A stretch of 60,116 bases of DNA from Planctomycetota bacterium (GCA_027001995.1 JALTLO010000200.1:11902-72017), one strand, 5' to 3'. Positions 30,723 through 40,916 are shown, counted from the stretch's first letter. The notes: generated by a model from the sequence alone, not told the origin. Numbers and translations: made by a program.

Positions 30723-32879
30723 ATGCGATCAGAAAGTGTCGTCCTCCAAGGACTCAACCCAGCTCAAACCAAAGCCGTCGATACCCTCGACGGCCCTCTC
30801 CTCGTTATTGCTGGCGCTGGCACAGGTAAAACTCGTGTAATTACCCGTCGCATCGCCAGACTTATCGAAACCGGAGTCTCGCCGGAAAAGATACTTGCGG
30901 TCACATTCACCAACAAGGCAGCCAGGGAAATGGCGAGCCGGGTTTCCCGCATGATTGGGCGAACAGGCCCTTTAGTGGCCACTTTCCACGGTTTCGGCGC
31001 TCGTTTTCTTCGGGAACAAGCCCAAGCATTCGGACGAAGCGAATCATTCACCTTGTATGATCGGCCCGATTCGGAATCGGCAGTGAAGATCGTTCTTAAG
31101 AGTCGAAAATTGGACCGCAGTGCTTATCCTCCAAAAGAAATACTGGAGATCATCTCTCAAGCCAAATCCAAGTTAGAAAAACCTCAGGACATGGGCGATC
31201 AAGCGATTAGCAGTTGGGATCGTGATATAGCTCAAGTCTATGAGTCCTATGAAGAACTTTTGAAACAGAGTGACGCCTTTGATTTCGACGATCTGATCTC
31301 TCTCCCAGTGGAACTACTCGAATCCAATGCCGACATCTGCCAAGCCTACAATGAAAGATTCTCACACATTCTGATCGACGAATACCAGGACGTGAATGAA
31401 CTGCAATATCGTTTGGGCGTAGCTTTGGCAGGTTGCCAGAAGAATCTCTGTGTTACGGGGGATCCAGACCAATGCATTTACACATGGCGAGGGGCGGATA
31501 TTTCCTACATATTGCGATTCAAGGAGTATTTCCCCAAAGCGAAAGTCGTGAGGTTGGAGCAGAATTACCGCAGTGTGAACACAATTTTAGAGGCGGCTTC
31601 CGCAGTCATACGTTTCAATTCTCGTCGTGAAGACAAGAATTTATGGTCAGAAAAGGGCGTCGGGCACCCCATCCTAATTCAGCGAGTAGCAGATGAGATA
31701 GAAGAGGCCCGTGCCGTTAGTAGTCGAATTAACCATCTTCTTGATCAAGGAGCCCGGCGCTCTGATATCGCGGTCTTCTATCGCCTCAATTCCCTGTCTC
31801 TTCCCATTGAACGCTCATTGCTTGCTGAGAATATCCCGTACACTGTTTTTCGCGGCTTGGAGTTCTTCAAACGCAAGGAAGTCAAAGATCTTGTGGCCTG
31901 GTTGCGGTTTTTGACGAATCCCCGAGATACGGTGTCTTTTAAGCGCGTCGTGAATACCCCTCCCCGGGGAATCGGCCTGAAGACAATCGCCCTCGTGGAA
32001 CAGGAGGCCCGTGCCAATTTCTTGAGTCCCGGAGAAATCCTGGAGCGTCCAGCCCTGTTAGAGGGAAAACTGAGCGCAAGAGCGCGATCTGCACTGGCGA
32101 GATTCCACGGAATCGCCAGCGGCTTAAGAGCCCAGATCGAAGCGCGGCTTTCAGATCTTATGCAAGCCATTGTCGAATCCAGCGGTTTGGGAATTCACTT
32201 GCGGGAAAAGGCTGCAAACACAGGTCAAGACCCTTGGGGGAACCTCCAGCAATTGATCGGTTATGCATCGGACTTTCAAAAAGTCCGTGAAGACGCCACA
32301 ATTGTCCAATTCTTGGAGGAAGTCTCTCTTTTCACTGACAGTGACACACCCAATGACCATCGTGAAAAAGTAAGCCTGATGACCATTCACTGTGCCAAAG
32401 GCTTAGAATACCCCCATTGTATCATTGTTGGCATGGACGACGGTATTTTTCCTCACCGTGGCCACAAAGGTCCAGCAGATGAAGAGGAAGAACGAAGATT
32501 GTTCTACGTCGGTTTGACCCGAGCCATGGAAAGCGCCACTCTACTGACCTCGTATCAGAGGAGCCGGTTTGGCAAGACTGAATTCGCCAAGCCCTCCCTA
32601 TTCCTTACAGAGATTCCTCAAGAATTGACTCTGACCCAAGACGACACCTCAGGTCAAAGTGGCACCTTAGATGACCACCACATCGAATATGACATGGACG
32701 AAAGCTTCCAGATATCGAAGGGAGCCCGTGTGAGCCACAACACATTTGGAGCTGGCACAATCCTGCGAGTTTCCGGCAGAGGGGCCAACGCTAAAGTCTC
32801 CATCCAATTCGACAGTGGAGATACACGAAAATTAGTCCTCAAGTACGCCGGGCTCACAGCCCTGGAAGCATGGGATTGA
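30723..32879 (+). CDS. pcrA: UvrD/PcrA SF1 DNA helicase
   Basis: LNPAQ, AGAGTGKT, TFTNKAA, DEYQD, GDPDQ.IY, LEQNYRS, TIH.AKGLE, EERRLFYVGLTRA, C-terminal Tudor-like H..FG.G. Confidence 0.95.
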   Translation: MRSESVVLQGLNPAQTKAVDTLDGPLLVIAGAGTGKTRVITRRIARLIETGVSPEKILAVTFTNKAAREMASRVSRMIGRTGPLVATFHGFGARFLREQAQAFGRSESFTLYDRPDSESAVKIVLKSRKLDRSAYPPKEILEIISQAKSKLEKPQDMGDQAISSWDRDIAQVYESYEELLKQSDAFDFDDLISLPVELLESNADICQAYNERFSHILIDEYQDVNELQYRLGVALAGCQKNLCVTGDPDQCIYTWRGADISYILRFKEYFPKAKVVRLEQNYRSVNTILEAASAVIRFNSRREDKNLWSEKGVGHPILIQRVADEIEEARAVSSRINHLLDQGARRSDIAVFYRLNSLSLPIERSLLAENIPYTVFRGLEFFKRKEVKDLVAWLRFLTNPRDTVSFKRVVNTPPRGIGLKTIALVEQEARANFLSPGEILERPALLEGKLSARARSALARFHGIASGLRAQIEARLSDLMQAIVESSGLGIHLREKAANTGQDPWGNLQQLIGYASDFQKVREDATIVQFLEEVSLFTDSDTPNDHREKVSLMTIHCAKGLEYPHCIIVGMDDGIFPHRGHKGPADEEEERRLFYVGLTRAMESATLLTSYQRSRFGKTEFAKPSLFLTEIPQELTLTQDDTSGQSGTLDDHHIEYDMDESFQISKGARVSHNTFGAGTILRVSGRGANAKVSIQFDSGDTRKLVLKYAGLTALEAWD

Positions 32880-33150
32880 CGAACAAAGCAATTCTCAGGC
32901 GTTTCGGTCGCGAAAGAAAGGAACAAGAACGTCCCGACCTTGGAGCCCCATCAGCTTACCCACTCCGCCAAACTGAGCACTATGGCAGGATCAAGTCATT
33001 TTCTCTCACCATGGGTCTCATCGTTCTGTTAGGCTCTCAATGTGGACCCCATTCCTGACGAGAAGACAAAGTGTATTCGTCGATGTAAGATCTCAATGTC
33101 ACCGTTAGTTTGGAATCGACTCGCGATTGGACGAATTACCCGGATAATTG

Positions 33151-35292
33151 ATGCTCACACTTATTGTAGAAAATGGCGGTCGCCGTCAGAATTTCGTTTT
33201 CACTGGCGACGTAATCACGATTGGCCGAAGCGAAGAAAGTGATCTGCGTATAAGCTCACGGTTCGTATCTCAAGACCACTGCAAATTGCAGAAGCTGGCC
33301 AAAGGCTGGAAACTCGTCGATTTATCCAGCCAAAATGGGACACGTGTGAACGGCGTTGAAATCACCCAAAAAATGCTGAGAATCGGCGATCGTTTGGAAA
33401 TAGGCCACGTTCCCATTTACGTTAACGAAGCTCCAGATGAGCACACCGAGCCACTCATGGCAAGTGCAGATGATGAGACTCCAGCGTTCACGGACTCAGC
33501 AGTCATCACCGCTAAATCCGATGGCGGTCCAAGAAGCCTCTTGCACGATGAAATGTCACAATTGCTCCTTCAATACCGCAAATCCTTCGGCGACGAAAAA
33601 GGACTCACTGAAGTCGAACTCGCCGTCACATCGGCGAGCGAAAAGTATTTTCCGAGGCCAGCATTTTCGACTCCCGTTGACGTCCAGAAATTGATGGACA
33701 TTTCGCGAGCCATCAACTCCGAGCTCAACCTGAAACGCTGCCTCACCCTCATCATCGACTCCATGATCGATCTCACAGATGCAGAAAGAGGTTTTCTCAT
33801 TCTCATCGACGAGAAAGGGAAAATGAAAGTCAAAGTGGCGCGCAATTTCGACAACGAATCTGTCACCAAAGCTGACTACAAATTCAGCCACTCTATTGCG
33901 GAAGAAGTGGGCACCAAAGGAGAGGCCATCATTTCATCTTCGGCGCAAGAAGACAATCGTTTCGATTCCTTCCAGAGTGTCGAAACCCTCAATCTCAAGA
34001 GCATCCTTTGCGTGCCCTTCCGTCTCCGCGATCGCATTATTGGCGTCTTGTATTTGGACCACAGGTTCCGCGTCGGCAGTTTCACCACACGTGAACTTGA
34101 GATGATTCAATCCTTCGCCGACCCCGCAGCCATTGCCATCGAAAATGCCAGGCTGTACGAGGAAAACAAAGAGACCCAAAATGAACTAGAAAAGAGACGA
34201 GAGGAAGTCGAAGAACTCAACGCTATTCTCAACGAGAAAATCAAGGCGAAAGAAATCGAGTTGGCCCAGTTTCGAAGTCACGCTCCCAAGAAAGATGAAT
34301 TCAAATTCGACTACTCATTTATCGTTGGTGATAGCCCCCGCATGATGGAGGTCTTCCAACTATTGGAGAGGGTCATTCCCTCTGATGTCCCCGTCCTTAT
34401 CAGTGGAGAGACTGGCACAGGAAAAGAACTCATCGCTATGGCTATCCACAAGAACAGCACGCGCTCTTCGGCACCTTTTGTCAAAGAAAACTGTGCAGCG
34501 ATTCCTGAGACCCTCTTGGAGAGCGAACTCTTCGGCTACAAAAAGGGCGCATTTACTGGCGCCGACAAAGACAAAGTTGGGCTTTTCAAACAAGCAGACA
34601 ACGGAACACTTTTCCTCGATGAAATTGGTGAAACCAGTTCGGACATGCAAAAGAAGTTGCTCCGGGTCCTCCAAGAAAATGAAATCCGACCCGTGGGAGA
34701 TCAGAAAACCACGCCAATCAATGTCCGTTTTCTTTCCGCCAGCAATCGCAACTTGAAAGAAGAAATCGAAGCCGGTACTTTTCGCCAAGATTTATTCTAT
34801 CGACTGAATGTCATTGCCATTGAAATGCCTGCATTGAGGGATCGATTGGAAGACATCCCTCTCCTGGTTGATTTCTTCCTCGACAAGATCGCCAAGCAGA
34901 GTGGTCAAGAAAAGAAGAAAGTCGATACCAGGGCCATGAAACATCTCATCGCTTATCACTGGCCAGGAAATGTCCGCGAGTTAGAAAACGAAGTGAGGAG
35001 AGCATGTGCTCTTGGGGGAGGCGTCCTAGGAATCGACGATTTCTCTTTCGATATTCAAAAATCCAGACCTTCAGTATCAAACACCACGGGCCAAGAGAGC
35101 CACTGGAAAGACATCGTCAAGATGACGGCCCACCAAAAGGAAAGGGAAATGATTCTCAAGGCATTGGAAGAAAACGACTGGAAGAAATCCGCTGCCGCCC
35201 GAGCCCTCGAAATCTCCCGGCCAACGCTAGACAACAAGATAAAAAACTATGGATTGGCAGCTTACATCCGCAGAGGAAAATCAAATCGCTAA
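33151..35292 (+). CDS. FHA-GAF-AAA+-HTH sigma54-dependent activator (bEBP)
   Basis: FHA (IGR…S.DH…SQNGT), GAF (AERGFL…S.S…SILCVP…GVLYLD…AAIAIENARL), GETGTGKE, ESELFG..KGAFTGA, LFLDEIG, WPGNVREL, Fis-type HTH. Confidence 0.93.
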   Translation: MLTLIVENGGRRQNFVFTGDVITIGRSEESDLRISSRFVSQDHCKLQKLAKGWKLVDLSSQNGTRVNGVEITQKMLRIGDRLEIGHVPIYVNEAPDEHTEPLMASADDETPAFTDSAVITAKSDGGPRSLLHDEMSQLLLQYRKSFGDEKGLTEVELAVTSASEKYFPRPAFSTPVDVQKLMDISRAINSELNLKRCLTLIIDSMIDLTDAERGFLILIDEKGKMKVKVARNFDNESVTKADYKFSHSIAEEVGTKGEAIISSSAQEDNRFDSFQSVETLNLKSILCVPFRLRDRIIGVLYLDHRFRVGSFTTRELEMIQSFADPAAIAIENARLYEENKETQNELEKRREEVEELNAILNEKIKAKEIELAQFRSHAPKKDEFKFDYSFIVGDSPRMMEVFQLLERVIPSDVPVLISGETGTGKELIAMAIHKNSTRSSAPFVKENCAAIPETLLESELFGYKKGAFTGADKDKVGLFKQADNGTLFLDEIGETSSDMQKKLLRVLQENEIRPVGDQKTTPINVRFLSASNRNLKEEIEAGTFRQDLFYRLNVIAIEMPALRDRLEDIPLLVDFFLDKIAKQSGQEKKKVDTRAMKHLIAYHWPGNVRELENEVRRACALGGGVLGIDDFSFDIQKSRPSVSNTTGQESHWKDIVKMTAHQKEREMILKALEENDWKKSAAARALEISRPTLDNKIKNYGLAAYIRRGKSNR

Positions 35293-35543
35293 ATGGATTT
35301 TTGGCTAGGCATACCATGTCATTTTCCCCACAGTCCCCGTCCCTACCGGGGTTAAGGGACTTGTTGAAAGCGCTGATCTCGTCGTGAGATGGACTCCCTC
35401 TCCTCCGCCATTCATCCACGGTCGTTAAGTTTGCTTTACATTCTGACAAGCCAACACCATTCAGATAAAATTACATCAGTCATAAGTATCGCAGCTGTAA
35501 AGACTAAAGAGACGCAGATGGTTTCGCTAACAAGCTCAAGCGA

Positions 35544-35559
35544 TGGCACAATCTTTGCT
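35544..35559 (+). promoter_or_regulatory. sigma54 (-24/-12) promoter
   Basis: TGGCACAATCTTTGCT = GG-N10-GC with TGGCAC/TTGC consensus; intergenic, ~70 nt before the next start codon and just downstream of a bEBP gene. Confidence 0.8.
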
Positions 35560-35626
35560 ATTATGTCCTGGGAATGGTCGGTTCTCCTAATTGAGAACCT
35601 CGACGTACTTAATTGAGGATAATTCA

Positions 35627-38251
35627 TTGACCCGAAGACTCATTGTTGAAGAGAACGCGGAGCGGTCAATTTTTGATTTGATCGACGAAGTAACCATCAT
35701 TGGTCGGGACAGCGAATGCGATCTTGCCCTCAATTGTGATCGGCTTTCGAGAAAGCACTTCAAGATCACTGTTGTTGGCAATGATTTGGTGGCTGAGGAC
35801 CTAAAGTCGAGCAATGGGACAAAACTCAATGGAGCGTCATTAGACAACAAAACACTCCTCGAACCGGGGGATTGCCTAACCTTGGGAGGCATCAAGATCT
35901 GGGTCGATCATGCTCCGGCTCGATCTCAAGGTGCTGGACCACCAGCAACGCGAAGAGCCGCCGGTGATCGCAAAGCAAAAACAAATAGTCTCCGTATCGT
36001 CCTGGGAGTCGTGGCCATCTTGGGAACCGCCATCTGGGCGCTTCAACCTGAAGGAGAAATAGAACGAAAATCTACCAAAGGTGATGGCCCGAAGGAAAGC
36101 GCTGAAGATTCTCCAGAGGTCAAGAATTCCACCGCAAAAAGCCCCCAACCAAAGTATCTCTCAGCGACAACTCCTGAGGAACGTGAACGCCTTCGTAGAC
36201 GCGGACAAGCTCTCTCCGATCTCGACTTTGAGGTTCAGACTTATTTGCTCCAGGACGATTTCTTGGGAGCAACAGATGCCTTAGATCGTTTCGCAGCACT
36301 CCACGGCAAGCCGAGTCGCTCCATCAAGAAGGCCGTTGACAAAGAAATTAATAAGGCATGCCAGGCCTTGCTCAGCGACTATCAGAAACAAGTGAACGCA
36401 GGGACTGGAGAAGTCGCCCGGGCACTCATCCGGCAGAAACTGTCGCAATTCCCAACCAGCAGCCAGGCACATCAAGAACTTTCTGCTCTTCTCACGCGAC
36501 CCCAGAGCAAGATAGAAGAAGCCGTTGCTCGGGAATCCATTAGTTCCTCCAGGCAAGGCATCACCGAAGAAATTCCAACTCCTATCAACTCACCCATTGC
36601 CAAGGTCAGAACGAAGAGTAAAAGCCAACGGGATGAAGCGGAAAAGAATTTCATCACCGAGACAACCTTGGGGGATCAGTACTTCGGGCAACGACGCTAT
36701 GATGAAGCCACTCTTTCCTACCGCCGGGCATCTGAAGCTGGTTTCACAGCCCAAGTTGATCATGAACTGCTACGCATTTCGAATCGCCGTATGCGTCAGT
36801 CCCAGAGGCTTTCAGCCTTCGTCAAAGAACTCGAATCGAGAATTGCTGAGAACCCCAAGTCATTTGGCACTATCAGCTTCTTGCCAGGGCGCAAAGGAAA
36901 CATCGTAGGATTGAGCGAAAACGGCTTCCAATTCAGTGACGCTGGCACCATCGTAGAGATGCCCTTTCGAGTCCTCAGGTCGGAGACAATCAAGACCCTG
37001 ATCCGACGGGCAAACTTCTCCCCCAAAGCACGTATTCATGCTGCCACTTTCTTATTGTCCATGAGTGACACCGAAGTCGCCGAAAAAATGTTGCACCAAA
37101 GCGAGACTCAAGCGCCTGGTCTCAAGAGAGAAATCGATGGCGTTCTTGCAGATGCGCGTTCCATCGATACGCCCAGTGCCGGCTTCACTTTCCAAAACGG
37201 ACGTTATTTGAGTCCCGCCGATGTGGCCCGCGTGAGTATAAGAGAAACCGTTGACGAGGCACTTCCGAAGCTCAAGAGCAGCGAAGCAGAGGTCCGTAAT
37301 GAGGGCTACACAGCTTTGCGAGCCTTGGGAGACCGGGCCGCATCCTCTTATCATCGGGCTCTCATCGAGGCAAAAACCTCTTTGCTCACAGATCTCAAGG
37401 CCATGGACTCCTTCAAGAAGCTCATCCGCTTAGATGAGAAACGACTAGCGCTGGATAAGACTAGAGACCATGCATTGGAACTCATTTTCGATACCTACAA
37501 GTATCCTTATCCCTATCGTGGAGTCTCCACCGAAATCTCCAAGCGTTTCTATGAGTCGGCGAAAGAAGTGCTGATTCGGGTGAATGCGGTTCGTGAGCTA
37601 TGGGCTGACGAGAAGATTGTGAAAATTGATGCAGCTCTTCGAACGGCTGTCACCAAAATCCACGAATACAACCTGGAATTGGACCGTTTGGAGTTAGGGA
37701 GAGGAATGGGAGACCCCCGATGTCTCATGAACTTGCCGAAAACGAATTATGTCTCGTTGCAGTCCTATGCCATTGATCCAGATGAAAGAGAAAGACTCGA
37801 TCTCTCTGAAGCCTGGATGAAGCGCAATGCAACCATGGAATCCAAAGCAACAGCTGAAGAAAGACGACAAGTTAAGATCACGAACCAGTATCGCCTCATG
37901 TTCGGACGTTACGCACTGCAATTGCACCCAAAGCTCTTGGCCTGTGCCCGCATGCATTCCAACGATATGGCCGCTGGGGGCTTTTTCGCCCATCAAAACC
38001 CCCTTGATCCCAAGAAAAAGACTCCCAACGATCGAGCACGGCTCTCGGGATTCTATGGCGGTGTGTCTGAGAACATTGCATCGAATGGCGGAGGGGCCAT
38101 CGGAGCCCACAAGGCATGGATTGGCTCCAGTGGGCACCACCGCAACATTCTCAACGCACAATGGCGCTACATGGGAAGCGGCAATTCTGGAAAACTCTGG
38201 ACCCAAAATTTTTCTCGGGGTGATCGTTCGGAAAGCGAAAAACCCAACTGA
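35627..38251 (+). CDS. FHA-TM-helical(TPR/HEAT-like)-CAP/SCP domain protein
   Basis: FHA (IGR…SRKH…SSNGT), TM LRIVLGVVAILGTAIWAL, CAP motifs N.YR, HS.DM…FFAH, ENIA, W..S.GH..NIL, WTQNF; TTG 35627 with GAGGA RBS. Confidence 0.85.
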   Translation: MTRRLIVEENAERSIFDLIDEVTIIGRDSECDLALNCDRLSRKHFKITVVGNDLVAEDLKSSNGTKLNGASLDNKTLLEPGDCLTLGGIKIWVDHAPARSQGAGPPATRRAAGDRKAKTNSLRIVLGVVAILGTAIWALQPEGEIERKSTKGDGPKESAEDSPEVKNSTAKSPQPKYLSATTPEERERLRRRGQALSDLDFEVQTYLLQDDFLGATDALDRFAALHGKPSRSIKKAVDKEINKACQALLSDYQKQVNAGTGEVARALIRQKLSQFPTSSQAHQELSALLTRPQSKIEEAVARESISSSRQGITEEIPTPINSPIAKVRTKSKSQRDEAEKNFITETTLGDQYFGQRRYDEATLSYRRASEAGFTAQVDHELLRISNRRMRQSQRLSAFVKELESRIAENPKSFGTISFLPGRKGNIVGLSENGFQFSDAGTIVEMPFRVLRSETIKTLIRRANFSPKARIHAATFLLSMSDTEVAEKMLHQSETQAPGLKREIDGVLADARSIDTPSAGFTFQNGRYLSPADVARVSIRETVDEALPKLKSSEAEVRNEGYTALRALGDRAASSYHRALIEAKTSLLTDLKAMDSFKKLIRLDEKRLALDKTRDHALELIFDTYKYPYPYRGVSTEISKRFYESAKEVLIRVNAVRELWADEKIVKIDAALRTAVTKIHEYNLELDRLELGRGMGDPRCLMNLPKTNYVSLQSYAIDPDERERLDLSEAWMKRNATMESKATAEERRQVKITNQYRLMFGRYALQLHPKLLACARMHSNDMAAGGFFAHQNPLDPKKKTPNDRARLSGFYGGVSENIASNGGGAIGAHKAWIGSSGHHRNILNAQWRYMGSGNSGKLWTQNFSRGDRSESEKPN

Positions 38252-38434
38252 TTCGGCTTTGGATTGCCGGAGTCAGCCGAATTTCGCAGATCCTTGCTTT
38301 CCATCCCTTGATGAAACAGCCACAACCCGCACAATGGCAACAGAGGCAATGTCGATGTCGTTCGCATTCCTCAGGTCCTTTGCGCCTAAGCATCTTTTCG
38401 CCCGACTGTGGGCAAACGAACAACGAGGAGTCCC

Positions 38435-39403
38435 ATGGCCAAGCTCATTATTAGTAGCGACGGACGTGACAAAGTATACGAGATCATTGATGAGCGCTTC
38501 ACGATCGGTAGCGGACCGGACGCTGATCTCCAATTGAGAGGAGATGGCATTTCTGGTCAGCACCTCACAGTTGATAAGACCAAAGCCGGTTATCGTCTGA
38601 TTGACATGGAAACCAAAGACGGCACCTTGGTCAATGGCAAACAAGTCAATCAACATGTCCTCGGGAATGGTGACACCATTCAGATCGGCGATGTCAAGCT
38701 CACCTACATGGGAAAAGGTCCCGCCCGGGCAGGAGCTACCGCAGGAAAATCACGGGCTTCGAAACGTGGACCGAAACTCGAATCGAGCCACTATTATCGA
38801 CACGCCAACAAGCCCCAAGCCACCAATGGAGCGCGTCTTGCGATGATTGGTAGCGGTATACTTGGAATCCTCTTCATTTTGTATTTGGCCCTTTCCAACA
38901 CCCAGCCACCCCAATCCGACGTTAACCGTTCAAAACTGATGGAAGCCATCAGATTGTGCGATCACGGGTCGGAGCAAGAAGCGACCATTGTGGCCACTAT
39001 TCGTGAATTCGAAAAGATGGACAAAAGTGAGGAAGAAAAACGCCTCCTCGCACGCCTGCGCAAGAAGTGGGATGAATGCCTGGCTGCAGTCGCTGGAGCC
39101 AAAGCTTCGGACACCGCAGATTCTGCATGGATCAAAGTTCGCAACGTCCAAAACGGAGAAGCGCAGAATCGTGACAAGCTCCGCAAAATGGTCGAGGAGT
39201 ATATCGAGAAATACGAGGGCGAACCCGGTCGGACCATGAAACACGTCCGACAAGCGAAAGCGATCTTGGCAGACTTGGAAGAAATGGGAGAAATGACTCC
39301 CGACGAAAAGGAACTGGCGAGAGTTGAAAGTCTTGTTCGAGAAGGCCTGAACAAAAGAGACCATCATTTGTCCATGCGTGGCTTGAAATCAATGGATCCG
39401 TAG
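38435..39403 (+). CDS. FHA-TM protein, N-terminal part (ends at in-frame TAG)
   Basis: GAGGAG RBS + ATG 38435; degenerate FHA (IGS…SGQH…TKDGT.VNG), TM GILGILFILYLAL, helical extracytoplasmic region. Confidence 0.8.
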   Translation: MAKLIISSDGRDKVYEIIDERFTIGSGPDADLQLRGDGISGQHLTVDKTKAGYRLIDMETKDGTLVNGKQVNQHVLGNGDTIQIGDVKLTYMGKGPARAGATAGKSRASKRGPKLESSHYYRHANKPQATNGARLAMIGSGILGILFILYLALSNTQPPQSDVNRSKLMEAIRLCDHGSEQEATIVATIREFEKMDKSEEEKRLLARLRKKWDECLAAVAGAKASDTADSAWIKVRNVQNGEAQNRDKLRKMVEEYIEKYEGEPGRTMKHVRQAKAILADLEEMGEMTPDEKELARVESLVREGLNKRDHHLSMRGLKSMDP

Positions 39404-39742
39404 TGGCGGGCCGCCCACCGAGATGTGTGGGAGTCTCTCTACCGAAGCATCCGAAGAAAAAGCCGTCAGTACTTAGGTGTTCGTAAGAACGAAGTGCGCG
39501 GTTGGTTGAGAAAAGACGAAGACATTGTTGATGAGAAGAAAGATCCAGAAAAGGACATCTACGATCCGGCTAAAGCCAGAGAAGTCGCCATCGAGAGAAT
39601 CTTCAAGAAACTACTGCATGAAGTTGTGGTGGACTATCTCAACGCACCAGACAAATCCCAAAGAGCGTGGAATCAAAGAGCAGACGAAAGAGCCCAAGCG
39701 CTTTTCCGGGAGTTGTTGAAAGAGATCAAACCTAACTATTAG
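39404..39742 (+). other. in-frame continuation of the FHA-TM gene after the TAG (readthrough, nonsense allele or sequence error)
   Basis: Same reading frame as 38435; open for 112 codons right after TAG 39401-39403; no RBS before GTG 39425; same charged helical composition. Confidence 0.6.
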
Positions 39743-39830
39743 GCCGGTCATGGTAGAATCCAGCCTGAAACTGTCCAAGTGACAGGCTGGATTGGCAAAA
39801 TCGATTCAAAAGTCAGGCTCGACCACTCTT

Positions 39831-40916
39831 ATGCGGCTGGTTCAACGCTACCTTTCTTCAGCCCTCCTCAAAAACGGCTTGTTCACTTTTGTCGTCTTAG
39901 CTGCCATCATCACTATGATGGTTTTCTCCATGGTTGCTCTACGAGAGTCCATGAGTTTCCTCACATTCGCAGCCTTGCTTCAGGTCGTTGGCCTCCTGAC
40001 AACCACACAACTCCAGGTCCTCATCCCCCTTACAGCCCTCATCGCTTCCATCTGGACTTACAGTCGTTTTCAAGCAGATGGAGAAATCACCGCTATGCGG
40101 GGGGCGGGAGTCTCTTTGCGCAACATCGTACTTCCCGCTGTCATCATCGGTGCCGGTGCTTCGACGTGCTTGGTGATTTTAGAAGATCAGATCATACCGT
40201 CTGCCCACTACACCCAAAGAGTGATCGGCAAGCGGTTTCTCGCCGCCAGTATCGATCGCTTCTTAGAAGACGATCGCAATTCAATCCAGGACCGAAGATT
40301 CAAGTGCCGGTGGGACGCTGTCACAAGAGATGAAAACGGTCACCCCATGTTGGAAAATTTCACTGTTGCAGAATTAGGGCGATTGAACGACGGGATCCCC
40401 GTTTTTACTCGGGCTCAAAGGGCTGAGCCTTGGCTCGACGTTGACGGAGGCGACCTCATCCTTGACCTCCACGACGTCACCTATTCGACCATTGGTGCCA
40501 GTCAATCCATGCGCATTGCATTAGACCTCTCTGCTATTTCAGAAGAACCAGCACCGAGACGAAAAACGAAGCACTTGGGATACGACGAACTATTCACCAA
40601 GTCGAAACGAATGGGAAAACAAAAGGACGGCCTGAAAGCGCAAATCGAGCTACATGGGAGAGCTGCCACCGCCCTTTCTGCCACCCTGTTTGCAGTCTTA
40701 GGCTCTCTTTTAGGCGTCATTCTGGTGATGAAGAACAGAGCCTACGTTTTCGTGATCGGCTTCCTCTTGGTCTTGGGCCTTCACTATGCACCGAATTTCA
40801 TCGGTCAATCATTGGGGAAAAACGGCGTGCTCTCTCCAGCCATTTCTATGTGGCTTGGAGACCTCACCATCATCTGTGCCATCCTGATTGCGGGACGAAG
40901 GGCGAGGCATAAATGA
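39831..40916 (+). CDS. lptF: LptF/LptG family LPS export permease (LptF-like)
   Basis: MRLVQRYL, 3 TM, 'ADGEITAMRGAGVS', periplasmic beta region, 'ELHGR', 3 TM, 'W' motif; first of a tandem pair. Confidence 0.8.
   Translation: MRLVQRYLSSALLKNGLFTFVVLAAIITMMVFSMVALRESMSFLTFAALLQVVGLLTTTQLQVLIPLTALIASIWTYSRFQADGEITAMRGAGVSLRNIVLPAVIIGAGASTCLVILEDQIIPSAHYTQRVIGKRFLAASIDRFLEDDRNSIQDRRFKCRWDAVTRDENGHPMLENFTVAELGRLNDGIPVFTRAQRAEPWLDVDGGDLILDLHDVTYSTIGASQSMRIALDLSAISEEPAPRRKTKHLGYDELFTKSKRMGKQKDGLKAQIELHGRAATALSATLFAVLGSLLGVILVMKNRAYVFVIGFLLVLGLHYAPNFIGQSLGKNGVLSPAISMWLGDLTIICAILIAGRRARHK

Noticed and set aside
39401..39403. Genome-wide TAG reassignment or pyrrolysine system
   Set aside because: Many conserved genes here end properly at TAG; no pyl genes or methyltransferase context in the window.
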